Shown here piece after piece: positions 8,997 to 18,900 of a DNA stretch of 64,000 nt. The notes below the pieces were generated by a model. That model was not told where the DNA came from, did not search any database, and was given only the letters and a program-made list of their open reading frames with translations. The DNA is from an uncultured virus (IMG/VR IMGVR_UViG_3300028888_000072) (lineage: Duplodnaviria; Heunggongvirae; Uroviricota; Caudoviricetes), in IMG/VR virus record IMGVR_UViG_3300028888_000072, positions 1 through 64,000 of that record. The stretch is one strand, 5' to 3'. The position numbers and the translations under genes were made by a program. Every line of letters begins with the position of its first letter. Positions within the stretch are counted from its first letter, which is position 1.

Positions 8997-9260
8997 TTAA
9001 TCAAATAATTTCTTTAAATCTTCTCTTTGATATTTATCTACTTGATGAGGCCAAGCTTCATTTTCATTAATTACCATATTACAATAACTTGGAAACATAT
9101 TTTTCCAACCTATTTCAGAATAATATTTTTTATTTTCATAAAGAAAACAATGCCCCCATAATACACCTTCAAATTCTCCTATTCCTAATGTTTCTACTTT
9201 AGGATAATCTTCTACAGGATTTTTTCTTGATTCATTTATAAATTCATTAAGCTTCTTCAT
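8997..9260 (-). CDS. Hypothetical protein with capsid-targeting-like leader
   Basis: Starts MKKLNEFINE. Confidence 0.7.
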   Translation of the reverse strand: MKKLNEFINESRKNPVEDYPKVETLGIGEFEGVLWGHCFLYENKKYYSEIGWKNMFPSYCNMVINENEAWPHQVDKYQREDLKKLFD

Positions 9261-9846
9261 TTCCGTATAACTTATTGAATATTTCTAAATAATTTGTTTT
9301 ATTAAGATTTTCGTTAAGACCTGTAACTGGGTCTATCTTACTAAGTTCTTCATAGAATTCATCAATAGCTTTATCAAGTTTTTCTAACTTACGATCTTTA
9401 CAACGATATTCAAGATGCCAGCATGTACTTTTATTTTCTACGCCAGTCATTGGATCTCCATGAATATCAAAGTATAAATGCCATTTATTATCTAATGTTG
9501 TATGGTAATCAAATATTTCTAAATACTTATGCATATAAACCAAAAAGGCACATAAATATTCCATCTTATGAAACCAAAAGAAATAAACTAAATGACCACC
9601 TTTATATAATACTGCTCCTGAATAATTATCATTCTGTTTTGAATCCAAAGGTTCTATTAAATTCTTTTCTGCTAAAATCTTTCGTATTTTATTAGAATCT
9701 TTATAATCACTAATATAATGTGTATCAACTGAATCACACAATTCATTTATAGTATTATACTTACTATAATCATCAACTTGATTTGTTATCTTTGCACCAC
9801 CAACTTTAATGGCTGCTTCATTAATTGTATTAGTTAATCGTTTCAT
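9247..9846 (-). CDS. Hypothetical protein with capsid-targeting-like leader
   Basis: Starts MKRLTNTINE; directly downstream of the portal gene. Confidence 0.7.
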   Translation of the reverse strand: MKRLTNTINEAAIKVGGAKITNQVDDYSKYNTINELCDSVDTHYISDYKDSNKIRKILAEKNLIEPLDSKQNDNYSGAVLYKGGHLVYFFWFHKMEYLCAFLVYMHKYLEIFDYHTTLDNKWHLYFDIHGDPMTGVENKSTCWHLEYRCKDRKLEKLDKAIDEFYEELSKIDPVTGLNENLNKTNYLEIFNKLYGNEEA

Positions 9847-9850
9847 AATA

Positions 9851-11623
9851 TTATGCTTGTGTTGTTTCTGGAGATTCTGGTTGAACTTCGCCCATCATTT
9901 CAGAATCTATATCTGAACTTTCTTCTTCAGCTCCACCGCCACTTTCTTCTCCGCCTCCTGGTTCTGCTCCCATTTCTTCTTCAGCACCGTTTTCTTCTTC
10001 ATTCTCTTCTCCACCATTACTCTTAGCCAGTTTTTCTTCCATCTTATACTTTTCATTAAGTTCAAGATCTGCATCAGACATCTTAAGATATTTCATAATC
10101 AAGAACTTAAGTGAGAAGAATGATTCTTCATTACCATCAGCATCAGTAGTTGCTAAGCTATCTTTCATAGTTCCAATAAATTCTACTCTCTTAGTCATGA
10201 TTTCAATATTCATCATTTCTTCGAATAAGTTATATGAATTCCAACGAAGAGTTACAGAATCTAATATACGTTTATCGTTCTTAATATCTGGAACTGATAA
10301 TGATAATTGAATACGAAGTGGCTTAAGTAATATTTCAGCAAATGTATTTCTTAAACGTGTTACGAATCTTGAAAAATCAATTTCATCACGTAATGCTTGT
10401 GTTGGATCATTGCCAAACCATGTTGATTGAGCTTCCTTATCGAAACGGTTTGCAGGAATCTTTGACATCTTCCAAAGTTTAGATTCAAAATATCTTATCT
10501 GGTCTGAATCATTAAGCATTGGTCCATTATCAACAAGTGTTTCAAGGTGAGGGCTACCGTTTTCATTTTCTGGGAACCAATATTCTTTATTAAATGGCAT
10601 ATTCATTTTACCATTTACTTTAAGTTCACCAGTTTCTGTGTTAAATGATATGTCTTCTTTATATCTATTCATTGAAGATGCTAATGTTTGAGCACCCTTT
10701 GTTCTATTTTGTGATCCTACTGGAATAGTAAATAATGTCTTAAATGATGATTGTGTAACTGTCCATATAACTTGTGCTTGTTCAACGATACGATAAATAT
10801 TGAATGGACGAATCAAACGTTCAAGATATGATTGACGAGTTGATACACCAGAATCTTCATATTTGATATATATGACTTGTGAATCAAGTAATGTACGTTC
10901 AAATCCAAGTTTGCCTTCAAACTGAATCCAATATGTAGTTCCATCTTTAATCTTCTTTGTTAATGTATTAGGATCAATATCTACAATACCAGTTATAGCT
11001 TTAGGATTCTCAAGATTATCATAGACTATTTCATATGCTAATACACCATCTATAAGATAACGTTTATATTCATCCCATGCAAATTTCTTCCATTCCAACA
11101 AAAGATAGATCTTATAGAATGCTATATCCATTGCATTACGAATCTCTTCAGCTGACTTTTCGTTTAAGTCTTGAATCAACCCAGTGTCCAAGAATGGTGT
11201 ACAGATATAAGATTCATCATCGTCATAAACAATAGATTCGTTAGCCATGATATCGAGAATGTCTTCAAGTTCAGGCTGCATAGCCATCTTACGAAGAACA
11301 TCACGTTTTTGCTCTAATGTCTTTTCTGAAAATGATTTGTCTTCTTCAGGTTTTACCTTCCAGTTATTTACTGATGATCCCATTAATACTTGTTGTAAAG
11401 CTACATCATCTTTAGGCTGTAATGCTTTATCTGCAGGATATGCAACCATATTCTTATACACATCATCAGAATAATTCATTCCATAATGTGAAAGCTTAAC
11501 AAGTATCTTTGACCATTTTGTTGGCTTTTGCATATTGCCGTATGATTGTTGGAAATTCTGTTGAATAGCCTCATTTATAGTCTGTTCATTTTCCAATACA
11601 TCTTCTAAGTTACCAAATATCAT
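9851..11623 (-). CDS. Portal protein (T4 gp20-like)
   Basis: R.MA.QPE...I.NE.IV, SYLERLIRPFN, EYWFP, L.KMSKIP.NR and RDEIDFSRFVTRLR motifs; acidic tail. Confidence 0.92.
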   Translation of the reverse strand: MIFGNLEDVLENEQTINEAIQQNFQQSYGNMQKPTKWSKILVKLSHYGMNYSDDVYKNMVAYPADKALQPKDDVALQQVLMGSSVNNWKVKPEEDKSFSEKTLEQKRDVLRKMAMQPELEDILDIMANESIVYDDDESYICTPFLDTGLIQDLNEKSAEEIRNAMDIAFYKIYLLLEWKKFAWDEYKRYLIDGVLAYEIVYDNLENPKAITGIVDIDPNTLTKKIKDGTTYWIQFEGKLGFERTLLDSQVIYIKYEDSGVSTRQSYLERLIRPFNIYRIVEQAQVIWTVTQSSFKTLFTIPVGSQNRTKGAQTLASSMNRYKEDISFNTETGELKVNGKMNMPFNKEYWFPENENGSPHLETLVDNGPMLNDSDQIRYFESKLWKMSKIPANRFDKEAQSTWFGNDPTQALRDEIDFSRFVTRLRNTFAEILLKPLRIQLSLSVPDIKNDKRILDSVTLRWNSYNLFEEMMNIEIMTKRVEFIGTMKDSLATTDADGNEESFFSLKFLIMKYLKMSDADLELNEKYKMEEKLAKSNGGEENEEENGAEEEMGAEPGGGEESGGGAEEESSDIDSEMMGEVQPESPETTQA

Positions 11624-11797
11624 ATTTAAGATTAATAAATATTTATATAAATAAAAATAAAAAAAGATTTTAAATTATCGCAGTTTTTATACTTTTTAAT
11701 AATTGTCTTATTTATAAAAAATAAATATTATATAAATTTTTGAATAATTCTTACATTTTAACTATATATTAATAAATCAAACAAATATATGTAATAT

Positions 11798-12982
11798 ATG
11801 GGAAATCCTAGAATTTATCTTAAAATCAACAAATCGCAGAATTTCATATCTCCGGTATCGGGTCTTATCAAGGAGCTAGATAAAATCTATAAGACTGATG
11901 ATATTGTAGAAGCTTCGAAGCTCGGATACAACGATTACACAAACAATTACATTAAGCACTGTGATGATACTAATATGTTCTATTCAGAGGACTATTCATA
12001 TGATCCCAATACACATATTTTCAATTTCGAAAAGATCTGTATTTGCAATGATGAGGATTATGCTTCAATGGCAATAGATCCTTCTGATTTTGACTATAAG
12101 AAGAAGTATGATGGATCTACAAAGAAAAAGAAGGAGGTAACAAAGAATTTCCTGTCTGAGATTAAGAAGAACTATGCAAACCCTGGTATTGAATCAGGAT
12201 TCTATATTGAGGACTCAAAATGGAATATCTTGGTTCGCAATATCAAGAGACATAAGAACACAATGCTTACAGGTCCTACAGGTACGGGTAAGACTGATGT
12301 AATCATTCGAATCTGTAAAGCACTTGATATTCCATGCAGGATTTATGATATGGGCGCAATGATGGATCCTCTGACAGATCTTCTTGGATCACATCGTTTG
12401 GAGAATGGATCTTCCAAGTTTGATTATGCAAAGTTCGTTAAGGATATTCAGGAGCCTGGAGTAATTCTTTTGGATGAGTTAAGTCGAGCTCCAGTAATGA
12501 CAAATAATATTCTGTTCCCATGTTTGGATGACCGTCGAATGCTTCCTGTAGAAATTGCAGATTCAAATGGCCCACGTGAGATTCCTGTACATCCTGAGTG
12601 TACATTCATTGCGACTGCAAACATTGGTTCTGAGTACTCAGGTACTAATTCTTTGGATATTGCATTGGAGAATCGTTTTATGATGATCCAGGTTGATTAC
12701 CTTCCTAAATCATTTGAGACAAAGGTATTGAATATCCGTACAGGTATTTCTGAAAATATTGCAGAGAAAATTGTAAACGTTGCAAATGCAATCCGTGCAA
12801 GATATCTTGACAATAGTATTTCAAAGACAATCTCAACTCGTGAAACACTTAATTGCGCTGAACTTGTGATTGATGGATTCTCACTTATTGAAGCAATCAA
12901 TTATTCATTCTGTGAGAAGTTCCCAAAGTATGGAGATAATTCTGAATATGATACAATTAAGAAACTAATTATGGGATTCTAA
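11798..12982 (+). CDS. MoxR/CbbQ/CobS-type AAA+ ATPase
   Basis: Walker A GPTGTGKT, Walker B ILLDELSR, IATAN, ALENRF and ISTRE sensor motifs. Confidence 0.9.
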   Translation: MGNPRIYLKINKSQNFISPVSGLIKELDKIYKTDDIVEASKLGYNDYTNNYIKHCDDTNMFYSEDYSYDPNTHIFNFEKICICNDEDYASMAIDPSDFDYKKKYDGSTKKKKEVTKNFLSEIKKNYANPGIESGFYIEDSKWNILVRNIKRHKNTMLTGPTGTGKTDVIIRICKALDIPCRIYDMGAMMDPLTDLLGSHRLENGSSKFDYAKFVKDIQEPGVILLDELSRAPVMTNNILFPCLDDRRMLPVEIADSNGPREIPVHPECTFIATANIGSEYSGTNSLDIALENRFMMIQVDYLPKSFETKVLNIRTGISENIAEKIVNVANAIRARYLDNSISKTISTRETLNCAELVIDGFSLIEAINYSFCEKFPKYGDNSEYDTIKKLIMGF

Positions 12983-12983
12983 T

Positions 12984-13172
12984 ATGCAAGCATCTAAAAT
13001 GATAAATAGACTTCAGAAACTAATTGATAAGCATGGAGACTTTCAAGTTGATATGCTATCATTTATTGTGGAAGATGGAAATATAATAGGAGAAACGTTG
13101 GTTCCTATAAGACAGATTAAATATAGAAAGCAATTAGGAAAATTTTTTACAGATAATATAGGAGGATTTTAA
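12984..13172 (+). CDS. Hypothetical protein
   Basis: 62-aa ORF with 0-1 nt gaps on both sides. Confidence 0.7.
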   Translation: MQASKMINRLQKLIDKHGDFQVDMLSFIVEDGNIIGETLVPIRQIKYRKQLGKFFTDNIGGF

Positions 13173-13556
13173 ATGGAAGAAAATATGATTATAATTTTAG
13201 TAATGTGGGCAGTAATTGCAACTATTATGTGCATTATTGCTTATTGGGATAAGAAATCAATTAAAGAAAAATTTGAAGATTATAAGAATGATATATTAAA
13301 GAAAGAAGAAATATTAAATTCTGGTAGAGAATTACTTCCAGTAATATTTAATCATAAGACATATTTCATATATAAAGATTCTACAATGACAGAAGTCATA
13401 AATATGATTAATGCTGAGCCTGGACAAGTATATTATGATCGTACTTCAGATAGTGAATATGATTCTGGTTTTATTAAATATTATGGTTCAGTGTCTCTAT
13501 GTGACGATCTAACATTAATTTTTGAAAATGGAATACTTAAATCTATAAAGAATTAA
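13173..13556 (+). CDS. Hypothetical protein with N-terminal TM helix
   Basis: MIIILVMWAVIATIMCIIAYW; operon packing. Confidence 0.7.
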   Translation: MEENMIIILVMWAVIATIMCIIAYWDKKSIKEKFEDYKNDILKKEEILNSGRELLPVIFNHKTYFIYKDSTMTEVINMINAEPGQVYYDRTSDSEYDSGFIKYYGSVSLCDDLTLIFENGILKSIKN

Positions 13557-13557
13557 A

Positions 13558-13995
13558 ATGGAAATAGTTAATAGAAAAGCAAGACACGAATATAATATCT
13601 TGGAGAATTACACAGCAGGTATAGTTCTCCAAGGTTCTGAAGTGAAATCTATTAAAGCAGGCAAAGCAAACATTGGAGATGCATATTGTGTCATAACTAA
13701 TGGTGAGGTTTGGCTAAAGAATTCTCATGTATCTAAATATGATTCTGATAAGTTTACAAACCATGAAGAAAAACGAGACCGTAAGCTTTTATTGAACAAG
13801 AAAGAAATTCGTAAATTGACTTCTGATGTACAGAATCAAGGATACACAATCATACCTTTGAAAATGTTTATTATGAAAGGAAAAATTAAAATAGAAATTG
13901 GATTATGCAAGGGTAAGAAGGATTATGATAAACGTGAATCTATTAAGGAAAGAGATAGCAAACGAGAATTAGATAGAATCAAAAAGAACTTCTAA
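13558..13995 (+). CDS. smpB: SsrA-binding protein SmpB
   Basis: NRKARHEY, AGIVLQGSEVKSIKAGKA, NHE..RDRKLLLNKKEI, GYTIIPLKMF and KGKKDYDKRESIKERD tail give a full-length match. Confidence 0.96.
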   Translation: MEIVNRKARHEYNILENYTAGIVLQGSEVKSIKAGKANIGDAYCVITNGEVWLKNSHVSKYDSDKFTNHEEKRDRKLLLNKKEIRKLTSDVQNQGYTIIPLKMFIMKGKIKIEIGLCKGKKDYDKRESIKERDSKRELDRIKKNF

Positions 13996-14258
13996 TGTTA
14001 TTACTTTATATTATCATATCATTAACTAATGTATTTCTTCATATTGTTAGAAGTATATTAGTCATTAAGTCAGGAAAACTATTGGCTTCATTTGCAAACT
14101 GTATATGCTATACATTTTCTGCAATAGTCATTAAGTTCATTTCAGAAGTTGATCTTTGGATTGCTATAGCAGTACAAGCATCTACTAATTTTATAGGATG
14201 CTATGCAGCTATGATGTTCTGTGAATATATTTTAAATGGTAAAAAATATAAAAGCTAA
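13995..14258 (+). CDS. Small three-TM membrane protein
   Basis: 87 aa, almost entirely hydrophobic; TAATG overlap with smpB. Confidence 0.7.
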   Translation: MLLLYIIISLTNVFLHIVRSILVIKSGKLLASFANCICYTFSAIVIKFISEVDLWIAIAVQASTNFIGCYAAMMFCEYILNGKKYKS

Positions 14259-14625
14259 ATATTATAAAAGTATGATAGAAAAAGAAAATATTAGATTAAA
14301 GAAATGTGATCATAATGAAGGTTCAAAATATTGGTATTGTCCAGAAATATTAGTTAAAGAAAAAAGATTATTTGGAACTAAGGAAGTATGGTTTGAACCA
14401 CATTTTGTAAATTATGAAACTCTTGAAACAGAATATAGATTGCACTCAATATCTCCTTGGGATGAAGCTGGATTAAAAGAATTCTTAGAACAATGTTATG
14501 AATGGATTAATAGTCATGACGGAGATGATAACTGGAAAATTGTTGATTATGATGAATATGATAGAATTTATGAAGAATATAGAAAACGGCAATTAGAAAA
14601 AAATAAATATGTATATTTGAAATAA
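14236..14625 (+). CDS. Hypothetical protein
   Basis: 129-aa ORF ending at a palindromic terminator. Confidence 0.7.
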   Translation: MVKNIKAKYYKSMIEKENIRLKKCDHNEGSKYWYCPEILVKEKRLFGTKEVWFEPHFVNYETLETEYRLHSISPWDEAGLKEFLEQCYEWINSHDGDDNWKIVDYDEYDRIYEEYRKRQLEKNKYVYLK

Positions 14626-14649
14626 AGAGGTATCTTAAGATACCTCTTT
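14624..14649. terminator. 26-bp perfect palindrome, likely bidirectional terminator
   Basis: AAAGAGGTATCTTAAGATACCTCTTT at a convergent junction. Confidence 0.7.
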
Positions 14650-15381
14650 CATATGTTGTAATAATGGATAAAATTTTTGTTTAACTTTATCAAATATACC
14701 ATATTGCTTTAATTTACCATCATACATTGGTATTAAATCTATTATTATATCATTTCCTTTTAATAATTGTAAATAATAAAATTTGCCAAACCAAAATTTT
14801 GAAAATACTGTTGGATCTTTTTCTTTATATGAACCAAACATATATAAATCTAATTCACCAAATGTAGATTTAAATGGACTTGAAAATTCATTGCTAGATG
14901 AATTTGATATATTTGATGTTTGTGTTTTTGTAAAATCTAATGCTAACATTTGATTACCATCACCTTGTCTAAATGTCATATCTTGTTCTGTATTACTAAA
15001 TATTCTTGTTGAATATATATAATTTGACGTTTTATGTTTACGGATAAATAATCTAGTTTGAGCTTCATCTCCAAATAAATGATATTGATTATTATTATTA
15101 CTACTATTAACAGAATAACTACTACCACCAGTTAATAATGCTTTACCTTTAAATGTATATGTTGCACCAGTTTCATTATATTCTCCTAATGTACCATCTA
15201 ATTTAACATAATGATTATAAGTATCATGGTCAGTAATTTCAAGATATTCTAATTTTGTATATCTTTGATTATAATATACTTTTTTATCAGATGTCATTAA
15301 TAAATTTGGTTGTATATACTTTTCACTATTTTTAAATGAATTTAAATCATAAATATTATTAAATTTTTTAATATATTTCAT
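14635..15381 (-). CDS. Putative virion/fibre-associated beta-sandwich protein (paralog 1)
   Basis: MKYIKKFNN start and YY..L.KGN..I.DL.PM...G..D....FYP end shared with 15400-16251. Confidence 0.65.
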   Translation of the reverse strand: MKYIKKFNNIYDLNSFKNSEKYIQPNLLMTSDKKVYYNQRYTKLEYLEITDHDTYNHYVKLDGTLGEYNETGATYTFKGKALLTGGSSYSVNSSNNNNQYHLFGDEAQTRLFIRKHKTSNYIYSTRIFSNTEQDMTFRQGDGNQMLALDFTKTQTSNISNSSSNEFSSPFKSTFGELDLYMFGSYKEKDPTVFSKFWFGKFYYLQLLKGNDIIIDLIPMYDGKLKQYGIFDKVKQKFYPLLQHMKEVS

Positions 15382-15399
15382 ATTTTAATATATATATAT

Positions 15400-16251
15400 T
15401 TATTCTATTGCGCTTCCTGCTACAAATGGTTGATCTCCTTGCGATGGATAAAATACATTATGTTCTAAATCATATAATCCAGGAGTATTATCTGTTACTC
15501 TTAACATTGGTACTAAATCTCTGATAACAATATTGCCTTTCATTATCTTACAATAATATACATCAGCTTCACAATAACGCCACATTTTATAATTATAATC
15601 AGTATATGCTCCACCACCACCATCTCTATAAATAGCAAACATATCAGTTTCCAAATTTTTCATTTTATTAAATGTTGTACCGTCTATTGTGTCTAAATTA
15701 TCAATTAAAAATGTTTTTTCATATATTTGATTTGTTGGTGTTTGCTCATATCCAGAAATATTACCCGCAAAATATGTTGGATAATATTTTGATTTAGTAT
15801 TAGCATCACCATTATAATTTCCATAAACACTATTACTTATTTCCCATTTTGTATACATTGTTACAAAATTATCATTATATGTACCGGAACTACCAACATC
15901 TGCTTTTCTAACAACAAATCCATAAAATGGTTCTGCTTCACTAATACTACCAATTAATACTGATGGTTTATGACCATTAACTCCAGATTTTGCATTATAA
16001 TCTTTACCACCACCTTTCATATTAAATTTGATATCTATGATTATATCATCAGTATTTTCAAATAAATGACAACCTAAATCAATATATTGTCCACCCGTTT
16101 GTGTACTGCTTATATGAGTTAATCTTTTATAATGCTGTAAATAATTAACGTTCTTAGTTTCAACATCTAAAAATAAATGCGGAGATACGAAATTATTTTT
16201 AATGTATCTTTCTCTATCTATATCATTATTAAATTTCTTTATGTATATCAT
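15400..16251 (-). CDS. Putative virion/fibre-associated beta-sandwich protein (paralog 2)
   Basis: MIYIKKFNN start, QYIDLG, IRDLVPMLRV...GLYD...FYP...F.AG end. Confidence 0.65.
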   Translation of the reverse strand: MIYIKKFNNDIDRERYIKNNFVSPHLFLDVETKNVNYLQHYKRLTHISSTQTGGQYIDLGCHLFENTDDIIIDIKFNMKGGGKDYNAKSGVNGHKPSVLIGSISEAEPFYGFVVRKADVGSSGTYNDNFVTMYTKWEISNSVYGNYNGDANTKSKYYPTYFAGNISGYEQTPTNQIYEKTFLIDNLDTIDGTTFNKMKNLETDMFAIYRDGGGGAYTDYNYKMWRYCEADVYYCKIMKGNIVIRDLVPMLRVTDNTPGLYDLEHNVFYPSQGDQPFVAGSAIE

Positions 16252-16343
16252 ATTAAAATATTTTATATTTATTTATGTATATATTAAAAATAATTAATTA
16301 CAAAGTTCTATTTTTATTAAAAGATAGACTTTAAATTAAATAT

Positions 16344-17432
16344 ATGAAAATAGACAGCTGCATAATTGTTAAGAATGAGCAACATACTATAATGAAGCTT
16401 ATTTATCAGTTCTTAGAATTCTCAAATGAAGTACATATAACTGATACTGGTTCAACAGATAATACTGTTAAGATAATTAATGATATCATAAAGGTGCATC
16501 ATAATGTATTCTTGCATCATTTTGATTGGTGTTATGATTTTGCTAAAGCTCGTAATTATTCATTAACCTGTTATGAATGCAAAGCGGATTATCAATTTTG
16601 GTGTGATGGTGATGATGAATTAAATGATAAACTTTTACAAACATTAAAAGAGTTCAGAGATTCTAATGATAAAGATGCAGATATTTATTTTGTTAAGTAT
16701 CAATATTATGATGGTGATAAGAATCCGCATAATAGAACATCGTTATTAAAAGTTTCATCAAAATTACAATGGAATGATCCGATACATGAATATATCGGTT
16801 ATACGACTTCACATAAAGTTAATTATGATTTATTTAAAAATGGTTCTTTAATTCTTCATAAACGCCCTGCTAATGTTGTTCATACAACAAGAAATTTGGA
16901 GATATTTATGAATATGCAGAAAGAAGGACGAAAATTTTCAGCAAGAAATAGATATTATTTTGGTCGTGAATTAATGCATAACAAACTTCATGAATTCGCA
17001 AAACAACAATTGCATCTTTGCATAGAATCTGAAGAGAATAATAGATTAGATAAGATTAACGCTATTCTTAGACTTTATGATATGAATGATCCTGAGTTTA
17101 TAGATTATTTCTTTAAGTTATTTAAGATTGGTATTTATAGAAAAGATTTATTCTATAAGGTAGCATCATATTATTGGAGAGAAAATAAAAAGGATGTTGC
17201 CGAAATTTATTATAAGATGTGTGTAAATACTGATGAACCAATCAATCAGTTAACATTTGGATATGATCCTATATGTACTATTAATTCTTTATTACAACTT
17301 GGTGTTATTGCATATTCAAAAGGTAATGTTAATTTATCACTTGCATATAATAAAAAGATATTGAAAATTAATCCTAATCATAAATCTGCTTTAGATAATA
17401 TAAAGTTATTAGAAAGTAAATTAAATAAGTAA
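16344..17432 (+). CDS. Glycosyltransferase family 2 with C-terminal TPR repeats
   Basis: CIIVKNE, DTGSTDNT, DFAKARN, DGDD (DxD), IHE, then a TPR-like helical C-terminus. Confidence 0.9.
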   Translation: MKIDSCIIVKNEQHTIMKLIYQFLEFSNEVHITDTGSTDNTVKIINDIIKVHHNVFLHHFDWCYDFAKARNYSLTCYECKADYQFWCDGDDELNDKLLQTLKEFRDSNDKDADIYFVKYQYYDGDKNPHNRTSLLKVSSKLQWNDPIHEYIGYTTSHKVNYDLFKNGSLILHKRPANVVHTTRNLEIFMNMQKEGRKFSARNRYYFGRELMHNKLHEFAKQQLHLCIESEENNRLDKINAILRLYDMNDPEFIDYFFKLFKIGIYRKDLFYKVASYYWRENKKDVAEIYYKMCVNTDEPINQLTFGYDPICTINSLLQLGVIAYSKGNVNLSLAYNKKILKINPNHKSALDNIKLLESKLNK

Positions 17433-17495
17433 GATTTTTAAAAAATATTTACATATGAACTATATTGATTTATATATACATTAAATTACATAATT

Positions 17496-18443
17496 ATGGA
17501 AGATATTAATTTGTTAAAACAGGAAAATGAAAAACTTAATGCCAGATTAGCAAAAGCAGTTGAAGTATTTAAGGAGCAGAAAGCAAATATTGAAAAGTTA
17601 ACTAAAGAAAATGAAGAGTTAAAAGATCAAATCAATAGAACACCACAAGAAGAAGTTGTATCTACTGAAAAATGGAATGCATTAGTTACTGAAAAAGAAA
17701 ATTTACAAAAGCAAATTGAAGGATATGAAAATGAACGTAAATCAAATGAAGCATATTCTGATGATTTAAGTAAACAATGTGATAATTATGAATTAAAAGT
17801 TCAGGAATTAGAAAAAAATATTGAATCAAAAGATAAAGCTTATAAGGTTCTTCAAGATACATATAATGAAGTGTTTGCTGAATTAGAACAATTTAAGAAA
17901 AAATATCAAGCTCGCAAAGAAAAAGAAGTTGAATTATTAAAGAATATTGAAGACAATAAACTTGCTTACGATAAACTTCAAAAGGAACATGATGCACTTA
18001 ATAAAACTTATAATAAATTGAATAATGAGTATTCAGATATATATACAAAGTATAATGATTTACAACAAGAACAAATTAAAGCTAATGAAAAAATTAATGC
18101 GTTAAATACTTTATGTATTCAATTTAAAGAAGACAACAAAGAGCTTCAAGATAAGTATGATAATTTATGTAAGATCTGTGATGATTATGAAAATCAGAAA
18201 TTAGCATTAGAAAATGATTTATCAAAATTAGAAACAGAACATAATCAATTAAAAGATAAATATTTGATTCTTGAGAACGAAAAAGACGCATATTCAAATT
18301 CAGATGATGCATTAAAAGAAATTATAGACGTCATCAATAAATATGGGTATGAAGCTAGTAAAGAAATTACACCAACTAAAGAAAATGTAATGAAAACTAG
18401 AATTGGTTCTGATAAAGAATTTGGACAGAATGTTGGAGTATGA
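17496..18443 (+). CDS. Long coiled-coil protein
   Basis: Continuous heptad, E/K/L-rich composition over ~280 aa. Confidence 0.8.
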   Translation: MEDINLLKQENEKLNARLAKAVEVFKEQKANIEKLTKENEELKDQINRTPQEEVVSTEKWNALVTEKENLQKQIEGYENERKSNEAYSDDLSKQCDNYELKVQELEKNIESKDKAYKVLQDTYNEVFAELEQFKKKYQARKEKEVELLKNIEDNKLAYDKLQKEHDALNKTYNKLNNEYSDIYTKYNDLQQEQIKANEKINALNTLCIQFKEDNKELQDKYDNLCKICDDYENQKLALENDLSKLETEHNQLKDKYLILENEKDAYSNSDDALKEIIDVINKYGYEASKEITPTKENVMKTRIGSDKEFGQNVGV

Positions 18444-18841
18444 AACTATTTAAAATTTGTGAAGGATTAATTATAAATGTTGAACATATATATGCATTGG
18501 GTAAAGAAGATAATCAATCAGAATTAAATGATTGGGATAATGCATATAATGGTTATATTAATGATATATATAGTAACCCTATAGAATTTGAAATAGATGG
18601 TAATTTATATAAGCCAAATTTTAATGAAAATATAGATTCATCAATATTAGAGAAGTATATGGAAAAATTAAAAGTTTATATACTTTCTAATATTGGTGAA
18701 AAACCAGCTTTAATAGAATCTTATTTTACAATATTATCATCAGGAACTAAAATATATCTTACTGATGAAGTTTATAATGCTATTAATAATTATTTAGAAA
18801 GTAATTATGATATTGTAGAATGTAATGTAAAGAAACCATAA
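18440..18841 (+). CDS. Hypothetical protein
   Basis: ATGA overlap with the previous gene. Confidence 0.7.
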   Translation: MKLFKICEGLIINVEHIYALGKEDNQSELNDWDNAYNGYINDIYSNPIEFEIDGNLYKPNFNENIDSSILEKYMEKLKVYILSNIGEKPALIESYFTILSSGTKIYLTDEVYNAINNYLESNYDIVECNVKKP

Positions 18842-18900
18842 TATTGAATTTTTTTAATATTGTATCTATATTTTATATATAATATTAAAAAATCAAACAA

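Noticed and set aside
13558..13995. Host chromosome contamination or a prophage boundary at smpB
   Set aside because: The gene has 1-nt junctions with phage-type ORFs and the same base composition, with no adjacent bacterial housekeeping genes or integrase
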